NCBI RefSeq assembly: GCF_013315695.1
Contig: NZ_CP054353.1
Length of the DNA: 64,000 bases
Strand: one strand, 5' to 3'
Source: Escherichia coli
Lineage (GTDB): Bacteria; Pseudomonadota; Gammaproteobacteria; Enterobacterales; Enterobacteriaceae
This document shows, in pieces, positions 56,528-64,000 of the stretch (the first letter of the stretch is position 1; every line of letters starts with the position of its first letter). The translations under genes were made by a program, and so were the position numbers. The notes beneath the pieces were generated by a model. The model saw only the letters and a program-made list of their open reading frames with translations, ran no database searches and had not been told where the DNA came from.

Positions 56528-57650
56528 CCAGTTTAAGCACCTCTTTGGGAATGGAAATATGTCTGTTCAGGGCCGGGCGCGGCTGTGCGCCCTCGCGCCA
56601 GTGTTTCATTTGCAGGACGTAGGTCAGAACGTGGGCGATAGCCCGGTAAAGCTGAAACGGAATTTGTTGGTTCACCTGCGTGGTGTAGTAAACCGAGCGC
56701 GCCAGCCGCGGGAACTCGACCACTTCCACCTGATTCTCAGCGGCGACCTGGCGAATATAGAGGGCGATTTCATCGGTGCCTTTTGCCACCACAAACGGCG
56801 CGGCGGCGCGAGACTGGTCATACTGCAACGCCACGGCGTAGTGGGTCGGGTTGGTGATCACCACGTTGGCTTTCGGCACCACTTTGCGGATTTGCCCCAT
56901 CGCCAGCTGCCGTTGCAGCCGTCGCACGCGCGCCTTCACTTCCGGCTTGCCTTCCTGATTTTTGTACTCTTCTTTCAGCTCCTGCTTGGTCATCTTCAGC
57001 CCTTTGGTAAACAGGGCTTTCGCCAGCGGCACGTCGATAAGCGCAAAGAAGATAAACAGGATGACAAAGTTGCGCATCACGCTGGCGTAGAGCGACAAAC
57101 CCTCATTCATCGCCAGTTTGAACGGCAGCGCTTGCAGGCCGAGGAAGGCGGCAAAGTTATTGCGCAGGCTAATCCACAGCATCACCAGCACCACCACCGA
57201 CTTCGCCGTCATCTTTCCCGTTTCCGCCAGATGTTCACTGGAAAACAGCCGCCCAATCCCTTTTAACGGGCTAATTTTGCTGAAATCCGGGAGGATTTTT
57301 TTCGGCAGAAACAGCCAGCCGCCAGGCACCAGCGAGGAGAGCAGCGCAGCGGCGGGCATCGGCAGCAAGGTAAGAATAAACTTGCCGAGAATTAACAGGT
57401 GATGGCGCAGAAACTGGCCGATCACATCCGGGTTATTAATCTCCTGCGCGTACTGATGCACGCTGATAAAACTCTCACGCACAAAATCGGCATACCACGG
57501 GAAGCTGCTGGAGATCACCACAAACGCCGCAAACAGGCTCGCCGCCAGCCCCATATCCTTCGAGCGCGGCAGTTGCCCCTCTTCACGCGCTTTACGCAGC
57601 TTTTGCGCCGAGGGTTTCTCTGTTTTTTCTTCGCTGCTGCTATCCGCCAT
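56511..57650 (-). CDS. lfhB: Flagellar-type export apparatus protein, FlhB homologue
   Basis: 379-aa ORF with an FlhB-like N-terminus (MADSSSEEKTEKPSAQKLRKAREEGQ...). Confidence 0.85.
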   Translation of the reverse strand: MADSSSEEKTEKPSAQKLRKAREEGQLPRSKDMGLAASLFAAFVVISSSFPWYADFVRESFISVHQYAQEINNPDVIGQFLRHHLLILGKFILTLLPMPAAALLSSLVPGGWLFLPKKILPDFSKISPLKGIGRLFSSEHLAETGKMTAKSVVVLVMLWISLRNNFAAFLGLQALPFKLAMNEGLSLYASVMRNFVILFIFFALIDVPLAKALFTKGLKMTKQELKEEYKNQEGKPEVKARVRRLQRQLAMGQIRKVVPKANVVITNPTHYAVALQYDQSRAAAPFVVAKGTDEIALYIRQVAAENQVEVVEFPRLARSVYYTTQVNQQIPFQLYRAIAHVLTYVLQMKHWREGAQPRPALNRHISIPKEVLKLDGENN

Positions 57651-58422
57651 AGTGACCTTTCAGCGCGTCGAGTTGCTGCAACACAAAATTCGCCAGATGC
57701 AGATAGTGATCCGGCAGGTTGTAGAGCAGGGTGGCGAAGCAAACCAGCCCCGCCAGCATGTTGATGGGAAAGCCGAGCGAAAAAAGGTTCAGCGGCGGCG
57801 CAATGCGGTTAAGCAGGCCAAAGCAGCCCTGCACAATCAGCATGATAAAAGTGGTCGGCAGCGCCAGCAGTGATGCGGACGCCAGCACCCAGCTAAAGGC
57901 CAGCGCGATGGTGCGCAGGGGTTGCGGATGCAGCGCGTTGCCAATCGGCCAGTAGGTGAAGCCCTTATACAGCACGCTTACCAGCAGCAGATGCCCGTCC
58001 ATGGCAAAAAACAGCAGGATCGCGTAGACGTTAATTAACTCTGCCAGCACGGTTGTTGATGCGCCGCTGCTCGGGGCGTTCATCACCGCCATGCTCATCC
58101 CCATATTGAACGAGAGAATTTGCCCGGCCAGTTGCAGCGCCAGAAACAGAAACTGAAACATCAGCCCGAACAACATGCCCCATAATATTTGCTCCACCGT
58201 CAGGATCAGGCTATTGAGCGATAGCAGGTCGTGGGGAATGGGATGGGGGATCAACGGCGTGATGATGATCGCCAGCGCCAGCGACAATATAATCCGCACG
58301 CGCACGGTCAGGGCGCTGTTATCCAGCACCGGCACATAGCGCAGAAACGCCATAATGCGCACGAAGGGGAACCACAGCCCCAGCACCAGATCCATCAGTT
58401 GCGTAACGTCGCTTGTGCGCAT
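57640..58422 (-). CDS. lfiR: Flagellar-type export apparatus protein, FliR homologue
   Basis: About 260-aa polytopic membrane ORF from the internal Met; the supplied ORF extends to 58473. Confidence 0.8.
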   Translation of the reverse strand: MRTSDVTQLMDLVLGLWFPFVRIMAFLRYVPVLDNSALTVRVRIILSLALAIIITPLIPHPIPHDLLSLNSLILTVEQILWGMLFGLMFQFLFLALQLAGQILSFNMGMSMAVMNAPSSGASTTVLAELINVYAILLFFAMDGHLLLVSVLYKGFTYWPIGNALHPQPLRTIALAFSWVLASASLLALPTTFIMLIVQGCFGLLNRIAPPLNLFSLGFPINMLAGLVCFATLLYNLPDHYLHLANFVLQQLDALKGHYGG

Positions 58423-58423
58423 C

Positions 58424-58696
58424 TTAATGCACCAGCAGGGCGGCCTGACTAAACAGATGAATGCAGAGATCATGCAACTGGATAATCATCCATTTGCCGC
58501 ACACCCCCAGCACCACCAGCGTGACAATCAGCCTTGGCAAAAAGCTCAGGGTCTGTTCGTTAATCTGCGTCACCGCCTGGAACACGCTCACCAGCAGGCC
58601 GACCAGCAGGCTTGGCACCACCAGTACCGAAACCAGCAAAATCACTACTTTAATGCCGCTGGCGACAATGTCGGCGGCTACGTCTACGGTCAACAT
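58424..58696 (-). CDS. lfiQ: Flagellar-type export apparatus protein, FliQ homologue
   Basis: 90-aa two-helix membrane ORF. Confidence 0.82.
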   Translation of the reverse strand: MLTVDVAADIVASGIKVVILLVSVLVVPSLLVGLLVSVFQAVTQINEQTLSFLPRLIVTLVVLGVCGKWMIIQLHDLCIHLFSQAALLVH

Positions 58697-58698
58697 AA

Positions 58699-59451
58699 TC
58701 AGCCCAGCCCCAGCCCGCGAATGCTGGTGGTGAGCGTGCCGATGGTCAGCGACCAGCCGTCAATCAGCACAAACAGCATCAGTTTAAAGGGCAGCGAAAC
58801 AATCAGCGGCGACAGCATCATCATCCCCATCGCCATCAGTACGCTGGCGACAATCAGGTCGATAACCAGAAACGGGATGTAAATCATAAAGCCAATCTGG
58901 AAAGCGGTTTTCAGCTCGCTCAGTACATAGGCGGGCACCACGATGGAGAGATCCTGGTCGGCGGCATTGCCCTTCGCGCCGCCGATGGTCATGATTTGCG
59001 CCATCGCTTTTTTGTCGGTCTGCGCCAGCATAAAGCGTTTTAGCGGCGTCGCGGCGGTGCTTAACGCATCGGTCAGGGTAATCTGATCGTTTTCAAACGG
59101 CACTACCGCGTGGTCGTAAATATTGAGCCAGATGGGGCGCATTACCAGCAGGGTGAGTGAGAGCGCAATACCTATCAGAATGCGGTTCGGCGGCGTTTGT
59201 TGCAGCCCCAGCGCCTGGCGCAGCAGCGACAGCACGATAATAAAGCGCGTAAAGCAGGTCATCATCAGCACCATCGTCGGCAGCAAACCGACGAGGGTCA
59301 TCAGAATCAGTACCTGAATTTTGACGCTGTACTCCTGAGTGTTGCCGTGGGTCACCACGTTAAGTAGCGCAATATCGCCACCCTGGGCCAACGCCAGCGG
59401 CGCAAGCGCCAGCAGCCCAAGGCCCAGCGCCAGTTGAGTGCGGCGTTTCAT
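58699..59451 (-). CDS. lfiP: Flagellar-type export apparatus protein, FliP homologue
   Basis: 250-aa ORF with signal peptide and conserved FliP C-terminal region. Confidence 0.85.
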   Translation of the reverse strand: MKRRTQLALGLGLLALAPLALAQGGDIALLNVVTHGNTQEYSVKIQVLILMTLVGLLPTMVLMMTCFTRFIIVLSLLRQALGLQQTPPNRILIGIALSLTLLVMRPIWLNIYDHAVVPFENDQITLTDALSTAATPLKRFMLAQTDKKAMAQIMTIGGAKGNAADQDLSIVVPAYVLSELKTAFQIGFMIYIPFLVIDLIVASVLMAMGMMMLSPLIVSLPFKLMLFVLIDGWSLTIGTLTTSIRGLGLG

Positions 59452-59819
59452 GGTGCCAGGTCGTTGATATCGCGGGTGTTAAACTCCAGCACGCGCAGGC
59501 CGTACTTCTCGTTGACCACCACCACTTCCGCTTTGCCCAGCAGGATATTGTTCACTTTAATATCCAGCGGCTCCCCGGCGAGTTTATCCAGCTCAATCAC
59601 CGTGTCGTCGTCGATGTTAAGCAGGTCGGCTAACATAATTTCCACCGACGACACTTCCAGCGTTAAGGTCACCGGAATGCGTTTCAGCAGCGTCATCGAG
59701 TCGGAAAAGCGGTCTTCCAGGCGGGTGACCAGCGTTTCGGCGTCGGCGGATTTCGTGACAGGCGCAACTTCATCGGCGAGGCCAAAATCCCCGGCTAAAA
59801 TATCGTCTTGTTTACTCAT
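59448..59819 (-). CDS. lfiN: Flagellar switch protein, FliN homologue
   Basis: About 124 aa from the internal Met, with C-terminal SpoA-like domain; the supplied ORF extends to 59879 and would overlap lfiM by 68 bp. Confidence 0.78.
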   Translation of the reverse strand: MSKQDDILAGDFGLADEVAPVTKSADAETLVTRLEDRFSDSMTLLKRIPVTLTLEVSSVEIMLADLLNIDDDTVIELDKLAGEPLDIKVNNILLGKAEVVVVNEKYGLRVLEFNTRDINDLAP

Positions 59820-60663
59820 GGCTATTCTCATTCTTGCCCGCCAGCTCCGACAAAAACAGTTTGTCTTTGTCTTCCACAATCAGGGCGCTAAATAATTCAG
59901 ATTGCCCAATCGCCACCGGGAACGTTTCTCCCAGCGAGATGGGTAAAATATCCCCGGCTTTTATCTGCGCCAGATCGGCGACATTCATCGATAGCTCGGC
60001 GATTTTGACGTTCAGGGTCAGCGGCAGGGAGCGGATGATTTCTTTAATCAGGGCCGGTTTATTAACGGATTTCGCCACCTGCTGCGGTTTACTGTGCTCG
60101 CTGTGGCGGATCAGATTCAAAATAAAATCGGTGTGGGCGTCGTCGAGCAAAATACGAAAACTGCTCTCTTCATCGCCCGCAAGGGTAAAGGTTAATTGAT
60201 ACGCCCAGTGGGTAATCACCGTGCTGCTGTCCAGTTTTAATTTCAGCGCAATACCGGAGGTTTGCAGATTAAAGATCAGCGTGCAGATATCCAGCGCGAG
60301 TCGGTTCTTTAACCGCGTTTCGGTTTTGGTCGGCAGCCCGTTATGCGCTTTCGCCTCTTCAAGAGAGGACTCCAGACCATAAAAATTGCCCAGCAGCATT
60401 AACAGCAAGGAGCGATCAATATCAAACGCCAGATGCCCGACCTGGGAAACCATCAGTTCGGCGTTTTTATTAATAATATCCATTTCGCAGCCAATCTTTT
60501 TTAGGGTGATATTGCTGCGATGCTTTTTGAGAAAGTAGCTGCCAAGATGCGAATCAATCACGTCAAAATTCCCCGTAAACAGGGTCGGCAGGCGATGGTA
60601 GGGGCGTCCGAGCCGATTACCTTCTAATTTAAAGATGCCTGGCGTTTTACTGTACTTCAGCAT
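59812..60663 (-). CDS. lfiM: Flagellar switch protein, FliM homologue
   Basis: 283-aa ORF at the head of the minus-strand lfiMNPQR-lfhBA block. Confidence 0.75.
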   Translation of the reverse strand: MLKYSKTPGIFKLEGNRLGRPYHRLPTLFTGNFDVIDSHLGSYFLKKHRSNITLKKIGCEMDIINKNAELMVSQVGHLAFDIDRSLLLMLLGNFYGLESSLEEAKAHNGLPTKTETRLKNRLALDICTLIFNLQTSGIALKLKLDSSTVITHWAYQLTFTLAGDEESSFRILLDDAHTDFILNLIRHSEHSKPQQVAKSVNKPALIKEIIRSLPLTLNVKIAELSMNVADLAQIKAGDILPISLGETFPVAIGQSELFSALIVEDKDKLFLSELAGKNENSHE

Positions 60664-60842
60664 GGCTTACTTTCTCTGCTGTAATGGTATGGGCGTTGTT
60701 GTGCACGCAAATCCGGCAGTGACACAAGGTGAGGTATTAAATAGAGGGGGCGTGAAAGGGGCAAATTATTAATAGGGTGAAAAAATAATTAAATTATTAA
60801 AGGGCGAGGTATCGGGCATCGTCATAAAACATTGCACGAATT

Positions 60843-60925
60843 GTAGGCCTGATAAGAGGCGCAGCGTCGCATCAGGCATCGGTGCACAATTGCCGGATGG
60901 CGGCGTAAACGCCTTATCCGGCCTA
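60843..60925. repeat. REP/BIME palindromic elements in the lfiM-lafK divergent intergenic region
   Basis: gtaggcctgataagaggcgcagcgtcgcatcaggc and gccggatggcggcgtaaacgccttatccggcctac. Confidence 0.8.
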
Positions 60926-61050
60926 CGGTTCTAACTCATTGTTTATCAACAAATAATATTTTTATTATCGTTTAATTCGAACTTGTTAATCCCGCCGGTG
61001 ATACGCTTCAGAACATCCTGTTTTCTGTCGCTACTTATATCGTTCACCCT

Positions 61051-62037
61051 ATGTCTGAACTTATTGCAACTGCCGCTTCCAGCATTAACGCTTTTACTCT
61101 GGCAAAGCGTGTCGCCGCCTTTAACGTGCCGGTGCTCATTCAGGGCGAAACCGGCGCGGGCAAAGAATGCGTGGCGAAATATATTCACACCGTAGCCTTT
61201 GGTGAAAATGAAAGCGCACCCTATGTCGGCGTGAACTGCGCGGCGATCCCGGAAAATATGCTGGAATCCACGCTATTTGGCTATGACAAAGGCGCATTTA
61301 CCGGCGCAATTGCCAGCGTGCCAGGAAAAATGGAACTGGCAAATAACGGCTCCTTATTGCTCGATGAAATTGGTGAAATGCCGCTGGCGCTACAGGCCAA
61401 AATATTACGCGTGTTGCAGGAACAACAGGTTGAGCGATTAGGCAGCAACCGACAAATCAAACTCAATTTTCGCCTGATTGCCTGCACCAATAAAAACCTG
61501 GAGCAGGAAGTTGCCGCCGGACGTTTTCGTGAAGATCTCTATTATCGTCTGGCGGTTATCCCTATTACCATGCCGCCACTGCGTGAACGCCTGAACGATA
61601 TTATTCCGCTGGCGGAGTCATTTATTAAAAAATACTCCACGGTGCTGGTGAAAAATATCACCCTGTCCGAATCCACCCGCCGTGCGCTGCTTAATTACCG
61701 CTGGCCCGGTAACGTGCGCCAACTGGAAAACGCCATTCAGCGGGGAATGATTTTAAATCGCGACGGCGTAATTTACCCGGATGCATTAGGCCTGCTGGAA
61801 ACGGACGTTGCTGACCACAGCGAACTGCAATGGCCTGTTCAGCCCGCCGTCCACATTGCCGAAACCAGCGATTTGGGCCAGCACGGACGAAGCGCGCAAT
61901 ATCAATATATCGCCGACCTGATGCGTAAATATCAGGGCAACCGCAGCAAAATCGCCGACCTGTTAGGCATTACCCCGCGCGCACTGCGCTATCGACTGGC
62001 CTCCATGCGCAAGCAAGGTATCGAAGTTTTCTCCTGA
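61051..62037 (+). CDS. lafK: Sigma54-dependent transcriptional activator (AAA+ and HTH domains only)
   Basis: 328-aa ORF; Walker A GETGAGKE at about residue 32, GAFTGA sigma54-contact motif, C-terminal HTH; no receiver or other N-terminal domain. Confidence 0.8.
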   Translation: MSELIATAASSINAFTLAKRVAAFNVPVLIQGETGAGKECVAKYIHTVAFGENESAPYVGVNCAAIPENMLESTLFGYDKGAFTGAIASVPGKMELANNGSLLLDEIGEMPLALQAKILRVLQEQQVERLGSNRQIKLNFRLIACTNKNLEQEVAAGRFREDLYYRLAVIPITMPPLRERLNDIIPLAESFIKKYSTVLVKNITLSESTRRALLNYRWPGNVRQLENAIQRGMILNRDGVIYPDALGLLETDVADHSELQWPVQPAVHIAETSDLGQHGRSAQYQYIADLMRKYQGNRSKIADLLGITPRALRYRLASMRKQGIEVFS

Positions 62038-62051
62038 CCCGGAAGTTAAAA

Positions 62052-62393
62052 ATGAGCATTACCACAATCAACAGCACCATGCAGGCGCAAATCATGCAGG
62101 ACGTGCAGCGGATGCAGGCCAACGCCCAGGCACCGGTGCTGCCCGCCATGACCTTCAGTTCCACCGACCCGGACGTTTCGTTTAACCGCATTATGAGCGG
62201 TGCGCTCGGTCATGTTGACCAGTTCCAGCAGGTGGCGGAGCAGCAGCAAACGGCTGTCGACACGGGCAAAAGTGATGACCTTGCCGGGGCGATGATCGCC
62301 AGCCAGCAGGCGTCGCTCTCTTTCTCCGCGCTGGTGCAGGTGCGCAACAAAATCGCCACCGGATTTAACGATCTGATGAGTATGTCGATCTAA
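62052..62393 (+). CDS. lfiE: Flagellar hook-basal body protein, FliE homologue
   Basis: 113-aa ORF with conserved FliE C-terminus (...VQVRNKIATGFNDLMSMSI). Confidence 0.8.
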   Translation: MSITTINSTMQAQIMQDVQRMQANAQAPVLPAMTFSSTDPDVSFNRIMSGALGHVDQFQQVAEQQQTAVDTGKSDDLAGAMIASQQASLSFSALVQVRNKIATGFNDLMSMSI

Positions 62394-62397
62394 CCCT

Positions 62398-64000
62398 ATG
62401 AATGCACAAATAAAGAAGTTAACCCAGGCGTTTCCGGCGTTTCGACTGCGTCTTGCAGATAACAAACGCTGGGCATTGATGGCGGGAGTGGGGCTTGCCG
62501 TTGCGGCGACGGCGATTATCGTCAGCGTACTGTGGACCGGTAATCGCGGCTACGTCTCGCTCTACGGACGCCAGGAAAATCTGCCCGTGTCGCAGATTGT
62601 CACCGTGCTGGATGGCGAAAAGCTCAGCTACCGCATCGACCCGCAAAGCGGGCAGATTCTGGTGCCGGAAGATGAACTGTCGAAAACGCGCATGACCCTT
62701 GCTGCCAAAGGCGTGCAGGCGATCTTGCCCAGCGGCTACGAGCTGATGGACAAAGACGAAGTGCTCGGCAGCAGCCAGTTCGTGCAGAACGTGCGCTACA
62801 AACGCAGCCTCGAAGGGGAGCTGGCGCAGAGCATTATGTCGCTGGACGCGGTGGAGAGCGCGCGGGTGCATCTGGCGCTCAACGAAGAGAGCTCGTTTGT
62901 GGTCAGCGATGAGCCGCAAAACAGCGCCTCGGTGGTGGTGCGTCTGCATTACGGCGCGAAGCTGAATATGGACCAGGTGAACGCCATTGTGCATCTGGTT
63001 TCCGGCAGCATTCCGGGGCTGCACGCCAGCAAAGTTAGCGTCGTCGATCAGGCGGGAAATCTGCTGACCGACGGCATTGGCGCGGGCGAAGCGGTTTCAG
63101 CCGCTACCCGTAAACGCGATCAGATCCTCAAAGATATTCAGGACAAAACCCGCGCCAGCGTGGCGAACGTGCTGGATTCGCTGGTCGGCAGCGGGAATTA
63201 CCGCGTCAGCGTCATGCCGGATCTCGACCTCAGTAATATCGATGAAACTCAGGAACACTACGGCGACGCGCCGAAAATCAACCGCGAAGAAAACGTGCTG
63301 GACAGCGATACCAATCAGGTGGCGATGGGTGTGCCCGGTTCGCTTAGCAACCGCCCGCCGGTTGCACCTAATCAGGTTACTAACGGCGCGATGCCCGCCG
63401 ACGAAAATCGCTCGCCGGAAGCCCTTTCGAAACACAGCGAAAGCAAGCGCGATTACTCTTACGACCGCAGCGTCCAGCATATTCAGCATCCCAGCTTTAC
63501 GGTGAAACGCCTCAACGTGGCGGTGGTGCTCAATCAAAACGCTCCGGCGCTGAAAAACTGGAAGCCGGAGCAGACCACGCAGCTTACCGCGCTGCTGAAC
63601 AATGCCGCCGGGATCGACGCGCAACGTGGAGACAATCTCACCTTATCGCTGCTTAACTTTGTCCCGCAGGCGGTGCCGGTCGAACCAATTATTCCGTTGT
63701 GGAAAGATGACAGCGTGCTGGCCTGGGTGCGGCTGATTGGCTGCGGCCTGCTGGCGCTGTTGTTGCTGTTCTTTGTGGTGCGCCCGGTAATGAAACGACT
63801 GACGGCGGTACGTGCGCCGGTTATCACACCAGAACCGGAAGCTGTCAGCGAACCGTGGATTGCCATGCCGGAAGAGGAACGCAAAAACGTCGATCTGCCG
63901 TCGCTGCCCGGCGATGACAGCCTGCCGTCCCAGAGTTCCGGCCTCGAAGTAAAACTCGAGTTCCTGCAAAAACTGGCCATGAGCGACACCGATCGCGTAG
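62398..64000 (+). CDS. lfiF: Flagellar MS-ring protein, FliF homologue (3-prime end cut by window edge)
   Basis: Open frame from the ATG at 62398 to the window end (over 530 codons) with N-terminal and late transmembrane segments typical of FliF; absent from the supplied ORF track, presumably because no stop codon lies inside the window. Confidence 0.8.
   Translation, partial: MNAQIKKLTQAFPAFRLRLADNKRWALMAGVGLAVAATAIIVSVLWTGNRGYVSLYGRQENLPVSQIVTVLDGEKLSYRIDPQSGQILVPEDELSKTRMTLAAKGVQAILPSGYELMDKDEVLGSSQFVQNVRYKRSLEGELAQSIMSLDAVESARVHLALNEESSFVVSDEPQNSASVVVRLHYGAKLNMDQVNAIVHLVSGSIPGLHASKVSVVDQAGNLLTDGIGAGEAVSAATRKRDQILKDIQDKTRASVANVLDSLVGSGNYRVSVMPDLDLSNIDETQEHYGDAPKINREENVLDSDTNQVAMGVPGSLSNRPPVAPNQVTNGAMPADENRSPEALSKHSESKRDYSYDRSVQHIQHPSFTVKRLNVAVVLNQNAPALKNWKPEQTTQLTALLNNAAGIDAQRGDNLTLSLLNFVPQAVPVEPIIPLWKDDSVLAWVRLIGCGLLALLLLFFVVRPVMKRLTAVRAPVITPEPEAVSEPWIAMPEEERKNVDLPSLPGDDSLPSQSSGLEVKLEFLQKLAMSDTDRV

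Noticed and set aside
54293-57266. Several long plus-strand ORFs (for example 54293..55024, 55481..56206, 56298..57266)
   Set aside because: All are antisense to lfhA and lfhB and have His/Arg/Gln-rich translations; an artefact of GC-rich coding sequence.
60664-61050. Sigma54 promoters (GG-N10-GC) in the lfiM-lafK divergent region
   Set aside because: Manual scanning found no convincing TGGCAC-N5-TTGCA match; the region is dominated by REP units. A matrix-based search is needed before calling any promoter.

Overview
This window is an Escherichia coli chromosomal segment, syntenic with the K-12 region from dxr through the rrnH operon to dnaQ-aspV and rayT. Most of it is conserved core: dxr-uppS-cdsA-rseP-bamA-skp-lpxD-fabZ-lpxA-lpxB-rnhB-dnaE-accA, ldcC, tilS, proS, metNIQ, gmhB, a complete rrnH operon (16S, tRNA-Ile, tRNA-Ala, 23S, 5S, tRNA-Asp), mltD, gloB, rnhA, dnaQ, fadE and gmhA. 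Accessory content is: (1) a complete 1426-bp IS4 with an 11-bp target duplication, inserted in the accA terminator upstream of ldcC; (2) a complete 768-bp IS1 with a 9-bp target duplication, interrupting dkgB; (3) no island between tRNA-Asp (aspV) and yafV; (4) the dinJ-yafQ toxin-antitoxin pair with a LexA box; (5) rayT flanked by REP elements; (6) from 54.4 kb to the window end, intact genes for a second flagellar export/basal-body system (FlhA, FlhB, FliR, FliQ, FliP, FliN, FliM homologues, a sigma54-type activator, FliE, and a partial FliF). That last block matches, from memory, the already described Flag-2 locus, so I do not regard it as undescribed. I found no CRISPR array, no prophage and no clearly novel system. 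Protein identities and gene names rest on my recognition of the translations and on synteny; no database search was run.
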